From: Amphiscolops sp. MND2022
Lineage: Eukaryota
Direction of reading: 5' to 3'
NCBI GenBank assembly: GCA_964187785.1
Contig: OZ076409.1
Span: forward strand, 45,572,001 to 45,636,000
DNA length: 64,000 nt
Part shown: piece by piece, positions 1-13,100 of the stretch
Layout of the letters: each line of letters begins with the position of its first letter
Numbering within the stretch: position 1 is the first letter of the stretch
The notes under the pieces: model-generated
What the model was told of the DNA's origin: nothing
What the model saw: the letters and a program-made list of their open reading frames with translations, nothing else
The model's database searches: none
Program-made: the position numbers and the translations under genes

Positions 1-16
1 ACATTGTCGTTAGTTT

Positions 17-1060
17 TTGGACCAATTGATTACAATTGTGCTAAACAGTCCTAGTGTGTCTTCGAAGATTACGAAAGGGCTCTGTAGTTCCAGTCCTGAG
101 ATTTTGTTGGAAGGTGACGAGCATGCCGTTTTTTCATTCTTTGCTGATCTGGCGAAAGTGCTGGTTACATGTGGGGTGTTATCTTCTGACGAGTCGAATG
201 CTGCTGTTACTCAGTTCAGTAGTTATGTTGTGAAGAAGTGGAGATTGCACGATAGATCAGATATCAATGCTAGTGAGATTCCAGATATTGTTCAGTACTT
301 GCGATTTTAGTTTTACTGGTCGTCCAGAAGTTTGTCGCGTATTGAAATTGTGTTGCCTAGTCGTTGGTTTGCCTCGCGTTACCTACCCTCCAGTGTCTTT
401 TGATTTGAGTGGTAGTTCGTTAAGTGAAGCTGCTTCCCAGTGTTGTCTACGATTAGTACAGTCCTACGTGATGAATGCGGGATTTGAACACCAGCAGTTC
501 TTTACTGATTTGATTCTGGATGCCGTCCGTGATGCTATTGCAGATGCTGGTTTGTTTTATGTTACTCCTGGGTTCGACGTCTGAACTATTGTGATCCTGT
601 TGTTGAGTCCTTTATTTCCGACTACCAGAAGTTATACAGTTCGTTTTTACAGGAGCAACGTAGTTCTTCCGAAGCTTATTATGTGGGATGTAACAAAGCT
701 AAGAGACTTGCTCGTTCCAATATTGGGGCTTCCGGATCGGAAACAGGTAGTACCATTAGTGCTACTTCCAAAAAGATGAAGGATGGAGCCTCATCGTCTC
801 GCGGTGTTGCATCTACATCAAAACCCGTAAGCAAGAGCGAGGGGCAGTCTGGTACGCTGAAGAAACCGGAGGGTAGTAAGAAGCAAATTAAGGGTTCCAG
901 TGAAGAAAGAGACCCTGATGTCCATCATCGTGTCAAGTGGCATAAAAACTGTTACAGGCTTTGTTGTTTCGTTTTTATGTGCTTCTTTGATAATCTTGAG
1001 TTATTTTATTGTATACTTTGTCTGTTGAGGCACATTTGTTTTCCGTCGGATTTACTTTAG
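17..1060 (+). pseudogene. 3' part of the antisense accessory gene of element A (frameshifted)
   Basis: ORFs 17-310, 267-584 and 683-1060 lie antisense and convergent to pol. Motifs SSKITKGLCSSSPEILLEG, VLKLCCL..YP and VQSY align with the antisense ORFs of B, D and E. Ser/Lys-rich tail. Confidence 0.8.
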
Positions 1061-1205
1061 ATTAGACAGTTCGAAAAAATTTAACGTGGTCACTCCGGTT
1101 CGGTTTAGTGTGCTGGTTTTTTTCAGTTAGTTCTGAGTTTGACGTGAGTCTTCCGTAGTACCTCAGTCGAGCATTCTGAAGACAGGATTCACCTTAGGTT
1201 TTGGG

Positions 1206-4200
1206 TTAGGTCTCAAGTTGTATCTCCCACGTTTCTAGGATTGTATCCAACAACTGTAGGAGGTAGTTCGGGAGTTTTGGGAGAGTTTGTATAAGCGGTG
1301 GAGTCAAATTGTAGGGATTGTCACTGACATCCAGATTGAATGACGTAACCTTATCGGGGGACGTTTTATCACCATCAGAATTTTCAACTGTGGTTGTTTT
1401 GACCACTTCATTTCCTGTTGTAGTTGCGTTATCTTCTGTCTTGTCTGTGGTTTCTGTAATTGTAGCTTCTTCCGACGACTTTTTCGTAGGTGTTCCGATT
1501 AGAACTTCTCCGAATTCGATTTCCCAAGCTTGCGCGTCCCAATCACTGTGGATTGTTTTAACCTCTGGATCTGGAAGGTAATCTTCCCCTGTGACTGTTA
1601 CGTCAGGTATTCGCTGATTGGATGCGTATAGCCTTAGGCGAATTCTATGGAGGGTTTGTGTGTATCTTGTACCCGTTCTGCGTACGACGTAGTTGTTATT
1701 TGAGAAAACTTTGACTACTATGTAAAGTCTAGTCTAAGTGCAATCTTTGAATGCAAATTTCATTGACTGGTTGTCAGCTTTCGGATTAAGGACGTAGCAG
1801 CAGTCGTTGATTTTGAGTCGCGTAGCAGTCGCTTTCTTATCGTAATACTGTTTGTATTTGAGATATGACCGCATTAGATTGTCTTTGGCGGCTTGGTGTA
1901 TTTTGCGAATTGTTTCTGCAGTTCATCCGTTAGGTCTTCGTTGTTGTCTTTTTCCATTCAGGCTTTAATCCGAGTTTGATGTCCAGAATATTGTACGGGA
2001 TACGTCTGGAACACTGTTGTAGGTTCATAGCCTAAGCTTTCATGGTAGCTTGTATTGTAATTCATTACTGCTATTTGGACGTATTTATGCCACATTGAAC
2101 GTTTCTCTCCCGTTGATATTTTTACGAAGTCTTCAGAGAGGCGTGAGTTCTTTCTAGTATGCCAATTGTTTGAGCATGTTTTGTTGACGCGTGGCTAATC
2201 CGTATGTCTAGTGTTTGGGCAATCTGGTTGACTACCTCTGATCTGAACTGTGATCTTTATCAGTTAATACGACGGTTGGTAAATAACAATGTCTTGTCGC
2301 TACGTCGATAGTACAACGTGCTACTGTTTTTGCAGTCATGTCTTGGGTTGGATAGGCGAAAAGATAGCGTGAAAAGACGTCCATCATTGTGATGATGTGT
2401 TGATATCCGATTGAGGAAGGTAGATTCGGTAGTATGTCTACTTCCAGACAGTCTTCCGGTCCCATTGTAAATTCAGTACTGCTCAGCATTTTGGGACGTA
2501 TTTGTCTCCTGTCGATCCTCTTGTTGGCGATGCAGTCAGGGCATTTCGTTACCCAAGCTCTGATTTTTCGTGATAGGCCCGGGAAATAATATTTTGCTCT
2601 GCATTCTTGTATCATTGTCGTTGTTCCCGGGTGTTTATTCGTTTTTCCGTGTAATGTAGACCGAAGTTCAGGGACTAGGTGTTTGGTTGTGGGTGACTGA
2701 TTCATTTTCTCCGTAATATTTTCGCATAGTACTCCATCTTTCATATTATTCTTTCCTCATGGCGGAGTAGATTTCTCCCGCGTGGCTCAAATTTGAGGAG
2801 ATGTTTGTCATTTTCTTCGTGGAGTATTCATATTTTTAGGGCTTTGAGTATTGGGTCCGCATCTTGTTCGGTTCTCATGCGTGCGTTCGCTCTGATTGCT
2901 CCAAACGCGTAGAATGCGGAGTTGAGTGGTATCTTGATTACTTCAGTTACTTTTGTAGATAGTTTTTTGTTGTTATCGTCGATGGCACATTGTTTGCTTT
3001 GCGCTTTCTTGCCAAAAATTTCTTGTTCTGATTCGTCTTCTTCGTCTGGAGAAAGAAAAGTTGTTCTTCGTCAGTTACGTCCGACGATTGTAGGTTGACT
3101 TCGATGGGTGACGCTAAGATGTCGTCTCGCAGTTTCAATTGTACTTTTTTTTGCGCGTTAGTTCGAGTCTTGAAAGGAAATCTGCTGCTGTATTCTGGGA
3201 GCCTGCTACGTGCATGATGCGGAATTTAAATTGGAGGGTTTAGTCGCAGGCATTCCACAGTGCAGGTGGCGTAGATTTTGTCTGGGAAAAACTTGTCACT
3301 GATCGATTGTCTGTCAGGACCAGTGTTGGTATCGTTGCTTCCCATAAGATATGACTATATTCAAGAAAGGCGTGGTAGATGGCCAAAAATTCCTTGCAGT
3401 ATATTGGCATCTTTAGCTGGGCTGGCGAGAAAACGCGTAATCCGAACGCTACTGGTGCGAAAGTTTTCCTTTTAGAAAGTAGTTTCCGTTCGTCGTTTTC
3501 TTCTATCATGAGAGCGTAGTCTGATGCGCGGAAGCTAGCATCCGTCATGAGGACGTATTGTTTTCCTGCTACAAGTTGTCTGAGCGCAAGTCCGCAGGCT
3601 TCCGCTAGGCTAGCGTTGATCTCTTTGAAATTGTCGACGAGTTCTTCTGAGAGTCTGATTTTAGAGTCGGCTTTTAGGAGTTCACACATACCAATGAGTT
3701 TTCCTGACAGGCGTGGTATGTAGTTTCGGTAGTAATTTACAAGGCCAATATTTTTTGGACTTGCTTTTTTGATTTCGGGAAACGGACTTTGGGGAATTTT
3801 TTTAACTTTTTGTCTTGCGGGCTTACTCCGTCTGGCGTGATGGTTCTTCCGAGGAACTCGACCTGTGTTACTCCAAAGTGACATTTTTTGATTGTCAGTT
3901 TTAGTCCTGCTTGTCTTGACTGAGTCAAAGTACTCTCGCATGAAGCACGAGAAGGCTGACAGGGCTCTGCTTAGTCCTTGGTCTAGGCGACGGTAGGCAA
4001 ACGTCCTTCCGGCAGAATTAAAAGCAAGTAATTCTACTGACATTTGATCTGACATTTGGAGACATGATACACCTGGGAGCAGTCAAGCTTGCAGAACAGT
4101 TTTTTCCATGATAGGTGCTGCGCCGCATCGGAGAGGGTGCTGACGGGGTGGATGTTGTTGATGAAGTCATCTGCGATGAGTGCGTTGATCTTGCGCAAAT

Positions 4201-6110
4201 CCACCAGTAGTCGCAGTTTGCCGTTGGGTTTCCGTTGGGCGAATATGGGGCTTGCGTATTTGGAGAATGGTAGTGTTGTGATTATTCCGAATCGGTGCAT
4301 GAGGGCTAGTTCCACCGTTAGGTCTTCTTTGAGATTGATCGGGACTGGTAGACTCTGCATGTACACCAGTTTGTCATCTTTTGGGGTTAAGCTAACTTTG
4401 AATTCCGTGTTCATCCCGATGAAGTCCGTGTCGTGCGAAGATGTGGTTGAATTCTACTATTGTGTCTTCTAGGTTTTCGCGGTCTTTGCCTGTGATGAGT
4501 TAGTCTGTCCAACTGAACATTGTGAGAAATTTGATTTGGGATTCTTCGCTTGCGGTTGGATCGAGTTTTTCAAGCTCAGCTAGTTCTCGTAGTTCTTTCA
4601 AGATTCGTTTCTGTATGGGAGAGTTTTCTTGTTCATTTCCAGGGTTTTCTGGAGTTGGGAACCGAAATTTTTCTTCGTTATCTTCATGGCGTTCCACTTG
4701 CATTAAGGCGTTGATGTACGTTACAACGTCGTCGTGTTCTGTTAGAAGGTTGAGTGCAGCTATTTCAACTGGGCGGATTATCTTCGTTTCTTTCGGTTTT
4801 AAAATCTACAGTTCGGCCACTTTGGTGTCTGCGGTTATTGTGTAGGGAAAATCCGTGGTATTGGCGATCTTTATTGCTGCTCTTTGGTCCCTAGCTGTTG
4901 TTATTGCTGGGGATACAATCAATTTCGCGCATTCATCGAAATGTGGTGGGGGCTGAATGGTCCCAGTTTTTGGGTGTTCATTACTTACAGGGATCGATGC
5001 GTATATGATACGAGTAGAATGTGCGGGTATCGTTTGTTTTGCGTCTGTTTTGATTGTGATGGGCTGGGGGTTGCATTTCTGCAATTCGTCGGTAAGCGCC
5101 ATCGTGATTTGAATTTTAGGAAAGTCGATTATTCCCTGGGCTGTGTCGAGGATTGCGGCATGTTTTCGCAGGAACGCCAATCCTGTTATGGGAAATGACG
5201 TCTGGTTCATGATGATGAACGTTTCCTCAAACGTGTAGTCCCCACTTTGAAATCGAAGGGTGTACGTAGCAAGTAACTGTTCTAACTCGGTGTTACCGTA
5301 TTGTACTTTGAAAGGGGGTAAAGGTGCCTCATTGATGATGCATTGGCTTGCATTTTGTCTTATTTCTTCCAGCGTCCCTTTCACTAATAGCAATAATGTA
5401 CGCACCTGAATCTACTAGCGCATCGATTTTGACGGTGTTGAATTCAACTGGTAGAAAGAGCATTCTCTTTCTCTTCTTGAGTGTTTTGCAGACATTAACG
5501 GCATGTAATCGTCATCCTTGTGGTGTCGGATGAATTCTCTGATGACATCTAGATCTTCGGGTAGTGATGGTGGGCATTCCGTTTGTTCTTCGTTATTGTC
5601 TGTTGCTGCACTGGCAGGTGCGGTTTGTGGTGGTGGAGGCGAGGATGAGTCAATTGTTTGTTCTCTCGGTTTCCGTGACCACAACGAGTTCTCTTCTATG
5701 CAGAATATATCATCAGCGTTTATCGGCGTAGACGGTGACGGGAACTGTTGGAGACAGTTCTGATTCTTACAAGATTGGCGACAAATGTGGTGGAATTTTT
5801 GGTACCTCTTCAGACTGCTTTTGTGGGTTTGGGACCTGGATCTTGAGGGCGAGTTTGTTAGTGTCGTAGATGGTTGGTTCATCCAAAGGATCGCGACTGT
5901 AATCCGTATCGTATACGTATATTCTGTCAGTTTTTGATTCTGGTAGTGGTCGTCTGAGTGTAGAGTAATTGTCAAGGGATTCCGTTATCTATAGGGGGAG
6001 TGGTGTTGGGTCGTCCGGGTGTCTGGCATTGTGTCTGAGGATCATGGGGGGGGTCTTGGATCGTGTATGCCCTCGTGTGTACCAATTCACCAAAGCGGAG
6101 GCGCGGCGAT
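1206..6110 (-). pseudogene. pol: pol pseudogene (PR-RT-RH-IN) of element A
   Basis: Fragments 4806-5405 (PR region), 4034-4414 and 3737-3928 (RT), 3240-4055 (RT/RH), 2232-2744 (IN). All are collinear with the intact pol at 57002-62110. Confidence 0.92.
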
Positions 6111-7469
6111 TATAATTTTTTTGGCTGAGAGGACGTAGTGGGTACGGACTGTTTGCTGATTTTATTGGTAGGAATGGCGAATTCTCGTTTTTCTTTCTGG
6201 CATCGTTTGCCGCGTTGGCTCCGTCCCAACAATTTTAGTTTTGTGCATTTTCCCGCACGTGTTGCACTTGGGTTTTGATGCTTCGGATTGGTTTGAGTTG
6301 CGTAGTAGCGTTTTTTTCGTAGTCTGCGGCATTCTGCATTGTAGTGGCCATATTTACCACAGTGGGAACAACAACCTTCTTGTCCTCCGTCACAACTGCG
6401 TCTACTGTGCTGAGAGGGACTAGGGTCGTTTCATCAGGCGATCCTAGGCCGTTTAATCGCATCTCTCGTTCAAGGTGTAGAACGACATCGTTGTAGGGCT
6501 TGTCTTTTAGGTATGCCCTGTTGAATAGTTCTGTGACCTGGTCCGGCATTTTTGCCAATATGGCATTGTCAATGAACGTTTGCGCTTCAGAGCCGAACGC
6601 TTCCTTAGCAGTTTTCTGCAGAATGTCTAAGATTTCATGTAGTTTTTGTTTTGTGGGATCAAAGTGCAGCGCATCCCATTCGCATCTTGCTTTTGCTGAG
6701 GATTGGAAATCTCCAAAACAACTTTTGAATGTCGTTATGACTTCTTCTAGATTGTCTTTTTTGGCATCCTGAAGGTTGCAGTACGCTTGAAGTGCAATTC
6801 CGCGGAGTAGTGAATGAAAGTAAGTGATTTTTTGTATCTCAGTTAGGCGTGGATACATTTCGGAATAGGTCCTCAAAAAGTTCAAATTTTTTGGAATTAC
6901 CATCGAAAACTGATAGCGAAGCTGTAAGAGCTTTCGGCATTGGAAACAAGTTGGTGGATTGGAAAGTTTGTGGTTGGGGTGCGAACAGAATTTTAGATGT
7001 TGAGGGACGATCTCCGTCTTGTTCGCTGGAGACAAGTTGTTGTTTCGGTATCTTTGTGGGTTGGTTTGTAGAGTCATTGAGGACTTCTGTCACCATGTTA
7101 CGACTATTTGCCGGTGTAGTTTTGGAGTTAGTCGCATTTGTTTTAACAGGTGTTTACGTTAGGGCTACTGAGGTGTTCTCAGGCTCAGAATCAGAATCCT
7201 GACTGTTCAGATGGATCTGTTGTTTTTTATTCAATCGTGCTATGGGTTTCAGCATTTCCTTTTGGTTCTCTGCTAATATCTTTGCTAAATCAGACATGAT
7301 CTCTTTTCTCACAGACGTTTTTATCTCATTTAAGATCTCAGTATGTATCCTAGGAGACTTGCTCGAACTTGCTAAGAGTTTCAGTACGACTACTCTCAGT
7401 TACAGAGGCCTCGAAATCCCCAGAAACTAGCTCAGCTCCGGCTTCTCTCTTCTGCCTTCTAGTTCTCAT
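6110..7469 (-). pseudogene. gag: gag pseudogene of element A
   Basis: ATG at 7469 (MRTRRQKRE...). The segments FDGNSKKFELFEDLF, YFHSLLRG and HLEREMRLNG match gag of B and E. Frameshifted. Confidence 0.85.
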
Positions 7470-8553
7470 TTTTCAGTTGAAAAATAGAGTCCTCGGAAAG
7501 AGGTGAAATATTCGAAGAAAGTTTTGATTTTTTACGTTGAAGCAACGGAACAATTAAGTACAGAACAATGATACACTAACTAACTTCACATGTGAGTTTT
7601 CCATATTTTTACCTTTGCAGCATCATTTGTTCCTCACCTAAAATTTCCTAGGTATCACAAAATGTGGATTTGTTGATCAAAATGCGCTTATGATTCAAAT
7701 TATTTCAGCTCTGCGTCACAAAGTCAGGTTTTGAAATTCTTAGTTACGTCGCCATTCCGTAAAGTTTTGTTGAACTTATTTTTATTTAGGTAATTCCATT
7801 TCCTGTTTGAATTTCAAAATTGCGGTTAAATTAAAGTCTAGTTGACATTTTCTTCGGCGTAGGCACGCCTGCGTGATCAATTAGTCAACTCCCAACTTAG
7901 GAAATTGAAATTCGAAGCAAAAATATGACACTCAAAAAATGATGACGAAGTTAGAACGGAGTTACAAATTCCGAAATGAAAATAATTGAACACTAAGAGA
8001 GGAACAAACGATGCTGAAATAACACATTCCAATTAGCACAAAACGTCATCATACGGGACAATATATAGATTATGAAATGGTAGCAAATTACTCTAAATAA
8101 CTAACTTAACGTGAAAAAAAACTCATTATTAACGGAAAGTATCCGTCATAACACAATTTCAAATAAATACAGCGTTAATTGTTTGCATGATTAGAGTTGA
8201 CCGTATAGAGTATTAGAGTTGGTCCTATGTTGGAAAATGTTTTTGTTTTAATATTTAGATTGGTATAATAATTTCAGAAGATGAAACCGGAAGCAGAAAA
8301 TACGGTTACAAATGAAAACATTCGAACAGAAATTTTAGCTTTCCTAGAATTGTTTCTGAAAATATTCCGTAATGGTTACGTTAGATTTCGTGTTTTAAAT
8401 ATTATCTACAAGTAATTTGACTGTACCGTAAGTAGAATTAAATTAAATAATGTTAAGTTTAACAGTACTTGTAGTAGCGTCTTCCATGTCCTCTCCCGAC
8501 GCCTGGTATTCCAGAGCAGCATAAGAAACTGCGACCGGGAGCGGGTCGCGACA
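7096..8553 (-). repeat. 5' LTR of element A (~1.46 kb)
   Basis: Starts TGTCGC like the LTRs of B and E and ends in CA immediately before the PBS. The partner LTR is outside the window, so the boundary is inferred by analogy. Confidence 0.7.
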
Positions 8554-10173
8554 GATACAACTAAAATTATTCCTAATTATGTTATCCCTAGGTTACAAGA
8601 ATCATAAATCCTGCAAAATTCTTCCGAAAAGTTTTGCAAAAAATGTGATGTGTTATTTCGACCAAAATTTCAAAAATCATCAAATTACCAGCATTTACAT
8701 TTCAAGGGCTTTCTAACAGTTTTACCCCAAACCTGATGTCAGCTGCTGTGATGGAGAAAATCAGTAAAAACACTACAAAACCACCTGTGGAATGTCATTT
8801 CGAAAACTATAAAAACCCTGAAAAATCTAGCAAGATTCAACCATCGGTTTCATTTCCTCGGCAGCTCATTTCAACTAGTCAAGAGACTCCCGAATTTGGA
8901 GGATATTGCTCTATTAGAAGCAATGACACCACGCAAAGCTGTAATATTGTAAGCGAAAGCTTTACAACAATAAAATCAAACAATGCTCAGTATGCGAATA
9001 AGGCATTCCGATAATTTAAGATCTAGATGGGCAATTGTATCATTTTTTGCGTACAGATCGTTTTTTTCTTTGCATCTGTTCAATTTTTTTGAGGCATGAA
9101 ATGCAAAAAAATTGTCAGATTATTGCATTTTTTTGTAACATTCTGAGCAGAAAAATGCGGATCTTACTAGAATTTTGCAAGAGTTGTGATTGTTGTAACT
9201 TAAGGATTGAACTATAATTTGCATCGAATAGAAAGTTAAATGCTCATGTTCAACACGTTAACTATTTTTCATTAAGGATACAAACGATTCTGAATCAAGA
9301 TTAGTTTCGTTTACTGATTTTTTTGAAAGCCTAATTTCATTCTTTGCAAGATTCAAACTCCATTGCAGGGCTAATTCCGCTGCTCTGGAATAATTAGTTG
9401 GTCAATTGCAAATTCGGTCGACAGCTGCGTCGGCCAATTGACCTAGCATCGACGATTTGATAACAAACGGTTGATGTTTGAAGAGAAAGCACCGATTTGT
9501 GAGCTATCTAGATAACTTGTCTCTCATCTTTCAGAGAAACAAACCCCAAACTTGACAATCCATGTTAACATTGAAACAGTAAATTATTCCAAGATTGAAA
9601 ACCTTGCATAACGTTCAATATTTGGCAATTAAATATTGAGCAACATACCGAAGAAGCTTTAGAAATAGTTGAGAATGGCATCTGATTCTAGCTAGGTAGT
9701 CACTTCCTCGCGCTGGTTGAAATTTACACTAGATCCTAAAGTTTCAACCGACTACTTCCTAAGCGAAGTTGGCTAACGAACTTTATTAGCTGACTTGACC
9801 CTTAAATTCTTTTCGAATCGACCGTTCGAACTCTAAGTAAAAATAGCATCCCGTAGGGTTACATCACTCACCCTGAAGTCAGTACATCAAAGAGGGGGGC
9901 TTGACAGTTAGGCCGACAAGGAAGGAAAGTGGTTACAACGATTTATATGTACAACCAGCACTAATCTTCAACACTACATGCGCACTAAAAATAAAATTTT
10001 ATGGTAGCACAAAAATTTACCGTAGCGGGCGTTAAGTCCGTGAAGCTACACTCAATTATAGTACCGGCAGCAGCCGCGTACTATTTCCACGTGGCAGACA
10101 TTCCGTCCACGGAGCTACATAAATATACTACGCTTTGATTGGTCAAAAATGTTAGGACAGCGAGTACAATTAG

Positions 10174-13100
10174 CTAGAAGAAGCGTTCATTTGAAGCTAT
10201 CATTAAGGCAACGTTTCCAGTTGGAGAAAGGATTTTGAGAATAGCTGCAATTTTTGAGTGAATTGGTTTGATTGTATTGTAAACGATTTCATGTCCGAGG
10301 AATTTAACCTTAAAAAGCATGAAAAACGATTTTTCAGGAGCTAATTTGGTATTGTTTTTTGTACTAATAATATGTAGTTGTTCAATAAGTTGAAACATAT
10401 GATCTTTGGAGTTTGATAAAAGTAAAATATCATAAATGTAAACAAGAGCAAAACCTTGTTCTACAAGAGTTGGAAAGAAGTTTGACATTTGTTTTGTTAA
10501 AAAAATTTGGAAGTCCTTTAGGACCGTAAAAGCCTCTGATAAAAACGAAAAGCTTATCGACTGATGAGAGACTTGCGAGTTTGATTGTGTGTTCATCAAG
10601 AGGTGTTTGTGCATATGCATACATGAGGTCTCTTGCACATTTGTTTTTCGTTTGCGCGTGCTATTGTGGAGCAAGAGGTTCAATGGGCCAAGATTCGTCA
10701 GAGTGTTCTGTATTGAGGTTAAAGTGTCGAGCATCTAACACACATTTTATATAGTCACCTTTAGGTATTATAATAAAAGAATATAAATAATTGTGCCATA
10801 AACTGATTTGCTTTGTGGAGAAGAACAGATTTACTTTATTATGCTATGTTTTTCTAGTTCTTTAAGTAGTAATGAGTTTATCACGATAATATTTTGGTAC
10901 TTTAGAGAGACGTTGAGTAATAAGTTGAGCGTTGGGCTTGAGTCTATTACGAAATGGAGTTGCAATTTTGCCAACATCATTTTATGTTTTGCATAGCAAG
11001 CTTTGTACTTCAGTAACAAGTTACAAAGTGTAATATCTTCAGTGTAGTGTCAAAGAGAAGTTTTCTGTAGTGTAAGGTGGTGAAGGAAAATTTCGAGGTT
11101 TTAAAGTGTGAGAGGTGGGTTGTACATTGCAAAGTTGTGATTTTATAGGTAATGTATCAGAATTTGTCAAATAAACTTGATTAAATTAAAAGTGGTGACA
11201 CGAAATTAGTTCTGTGTTGTCTTTTAAATTGTAATTTGTTTGTGGAATACGTTCTGTAATAATAGCTTGATATGTATGTGCAACATTGTGTATAAGAGTG
11301 GTAATATCATTTTCTTGGTAGTATTTAGGTTTTTCATTTGTAATTGGAACTTCTAGATAGCCAATGTCTCCTGTAGGTAATGTTGCAATTTGGTTTGTAG
11401 AATTTTGTATAATAGTAGCACAAGTGTCTGGGTTGTCAATTGCGAAAATTTTTGAAAAAATAAAAGTTGTACAAAAATTGGTAGAGTAATAAGTATGTGG
11501 AATCGTAGGAAGAAATTGATTTTGCGGTATAATCGTAAAATGGAGAATTTGGTAGTTTTTTATTGGGAAATATGTAATCATGGAAAAAGTTGGCTTCAGA
11601 CCGGTTTGTGTTTTAGAATTGATTCTGTGAATAAATGAGAAATATGGGTAGTCTTTGAATTATAGTGATGTGAATTTTGTATAGTTTGCGTATATTTTGG
11701 ATTGATGATAAAATAGTAATGTAAAGTCTAGTATGTTTATGTTTTATATGTTTTCTTCAAAGAAGGGTGTACCAAGGATACTGTACTTTATATCTGCTAC
11801 TGCAAAACGTATTGTAAACTGACCAGAGTCGTCTTCTTTTGCTGTATTTAAAGTTATGGTAACATAGTGTATAAGAGGAACTTCTGTTTGATTTTCAAGA
11901 GCTGAGTGTAATATTTTGTTTGATATTTAGGAGTTTTGTAATGGTAACATAGCTAGGATAATTTAATACTGGGATGGAAGCACCGCTATTCAAAAGGAAT
12001 GAGATTTCTAATTCTGATGGATAGTGACGTTGAGTTTGGTTCTATGGAGTAGGTATGTATAAAGAGTAGAACCAACTTGTAGTGTTACAACGTTTGCCAT
12101 TTCGGTTTGGTGATACATATGTACTTGAAGTTTATTTGGATCGTTTTGAGTTTGTGGTTGTAATCTCTTGAGTTTAATTCTTGTATTCGAATGTGAGCGA
12201 GATCTAGAAAATTTAGAATCTCTAGGTCTTGAAGATGGTCTAAAGGAAGATGTGTACCTCGTAAATTTATGGTTGTCTCTTGAGTATGATTGTGATCTTT
12301 ATCTGTGACGAGAATCACGTCTATTAGCTGGTTTGTTGGAGGATCATTAAGGATTAAGGCGAACGATAAGATCGCGAGTCTCGTTTATAATTGTCAAATC
12401 TTGATCGAGTGTATTGTGGAGAAGTAGTATTTTTGTCATAACTAAATCGATCTCTAAATGTAGAGCGACATCTAGTTTGTGAATTGTTGTTTTTGGTATA
12501 GTAGTTATTTCGCGATGTACTTCTATTTCAATATCGTGTATCATATCGTTTTGTTCCGTCGTTTGAGGAAAAACGAAAGTATGGTACAAATGATTTCTGA
12601 GGAGATTCTGATCTTGCATAAGCATCTCTTTTGTCTTCATCATCGCGTTGTTTTTTGAAACAAACTGAGATGGAATGACTTGTTCTATGACAATAAGAGC
12701 GATATTTTTTGTGAGCAGGCTTAATTTTGTTATTTGGATCACGTGGTTGTGTAAACATGAGTTGTTCTTGTTGTGATGAATCAAGAGTTTGTGTTTGGAG
12801 TTGTTTTGTAATTTTATTTACTTCAAGAATAAGACCATGAGGTGTGTTTTACTTGTCGTTTGTTAGCAAAACTCTTGTGTTACATTTTAAGTTTATAGTA
12901 GATGCATTTTCACTACACCAGCCACTAGTAGTTGCACTTTAAGTGCAATGTGACGAACTGTTTCGTTGTCTTTTTTGACTAAATTTAGGGCTTCTACTTG
13001 AGCATAATGAGTGTTTTTCTGTGATGAAAACTGTTTTTTCAAATGCTTGTACAAAAGCGTGCCAATCTTTTTGGTAAGTGTCATTTAAACAAATGTACCA

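Larger units (their letters stand above)
1..8553 (-). mobile_element. Element A: decayed Ty3/Gypsy LTR retrotransposon (3' part runs off window start)
   Basis: Minus-strand order is LTR (starts TGTCGC at 8553, ends ...CGTAACA at 7096), PBS TGGTGACAGAAGT, gag, PR, RT (LPFSKYASPIFAQRKPNGKLRLLVDLR), RNaseH (MTDAS, LTDN), IN (MDVFSRY, LTDK). Many stops and frameshifts. Confidence 0.92.

Noticed and set aside
8609..9370. Possible MITE with CCTGCAA...TTGCAGG ends
   Set aside because: The inverted match is only ~7 bp and no TSD was identified.
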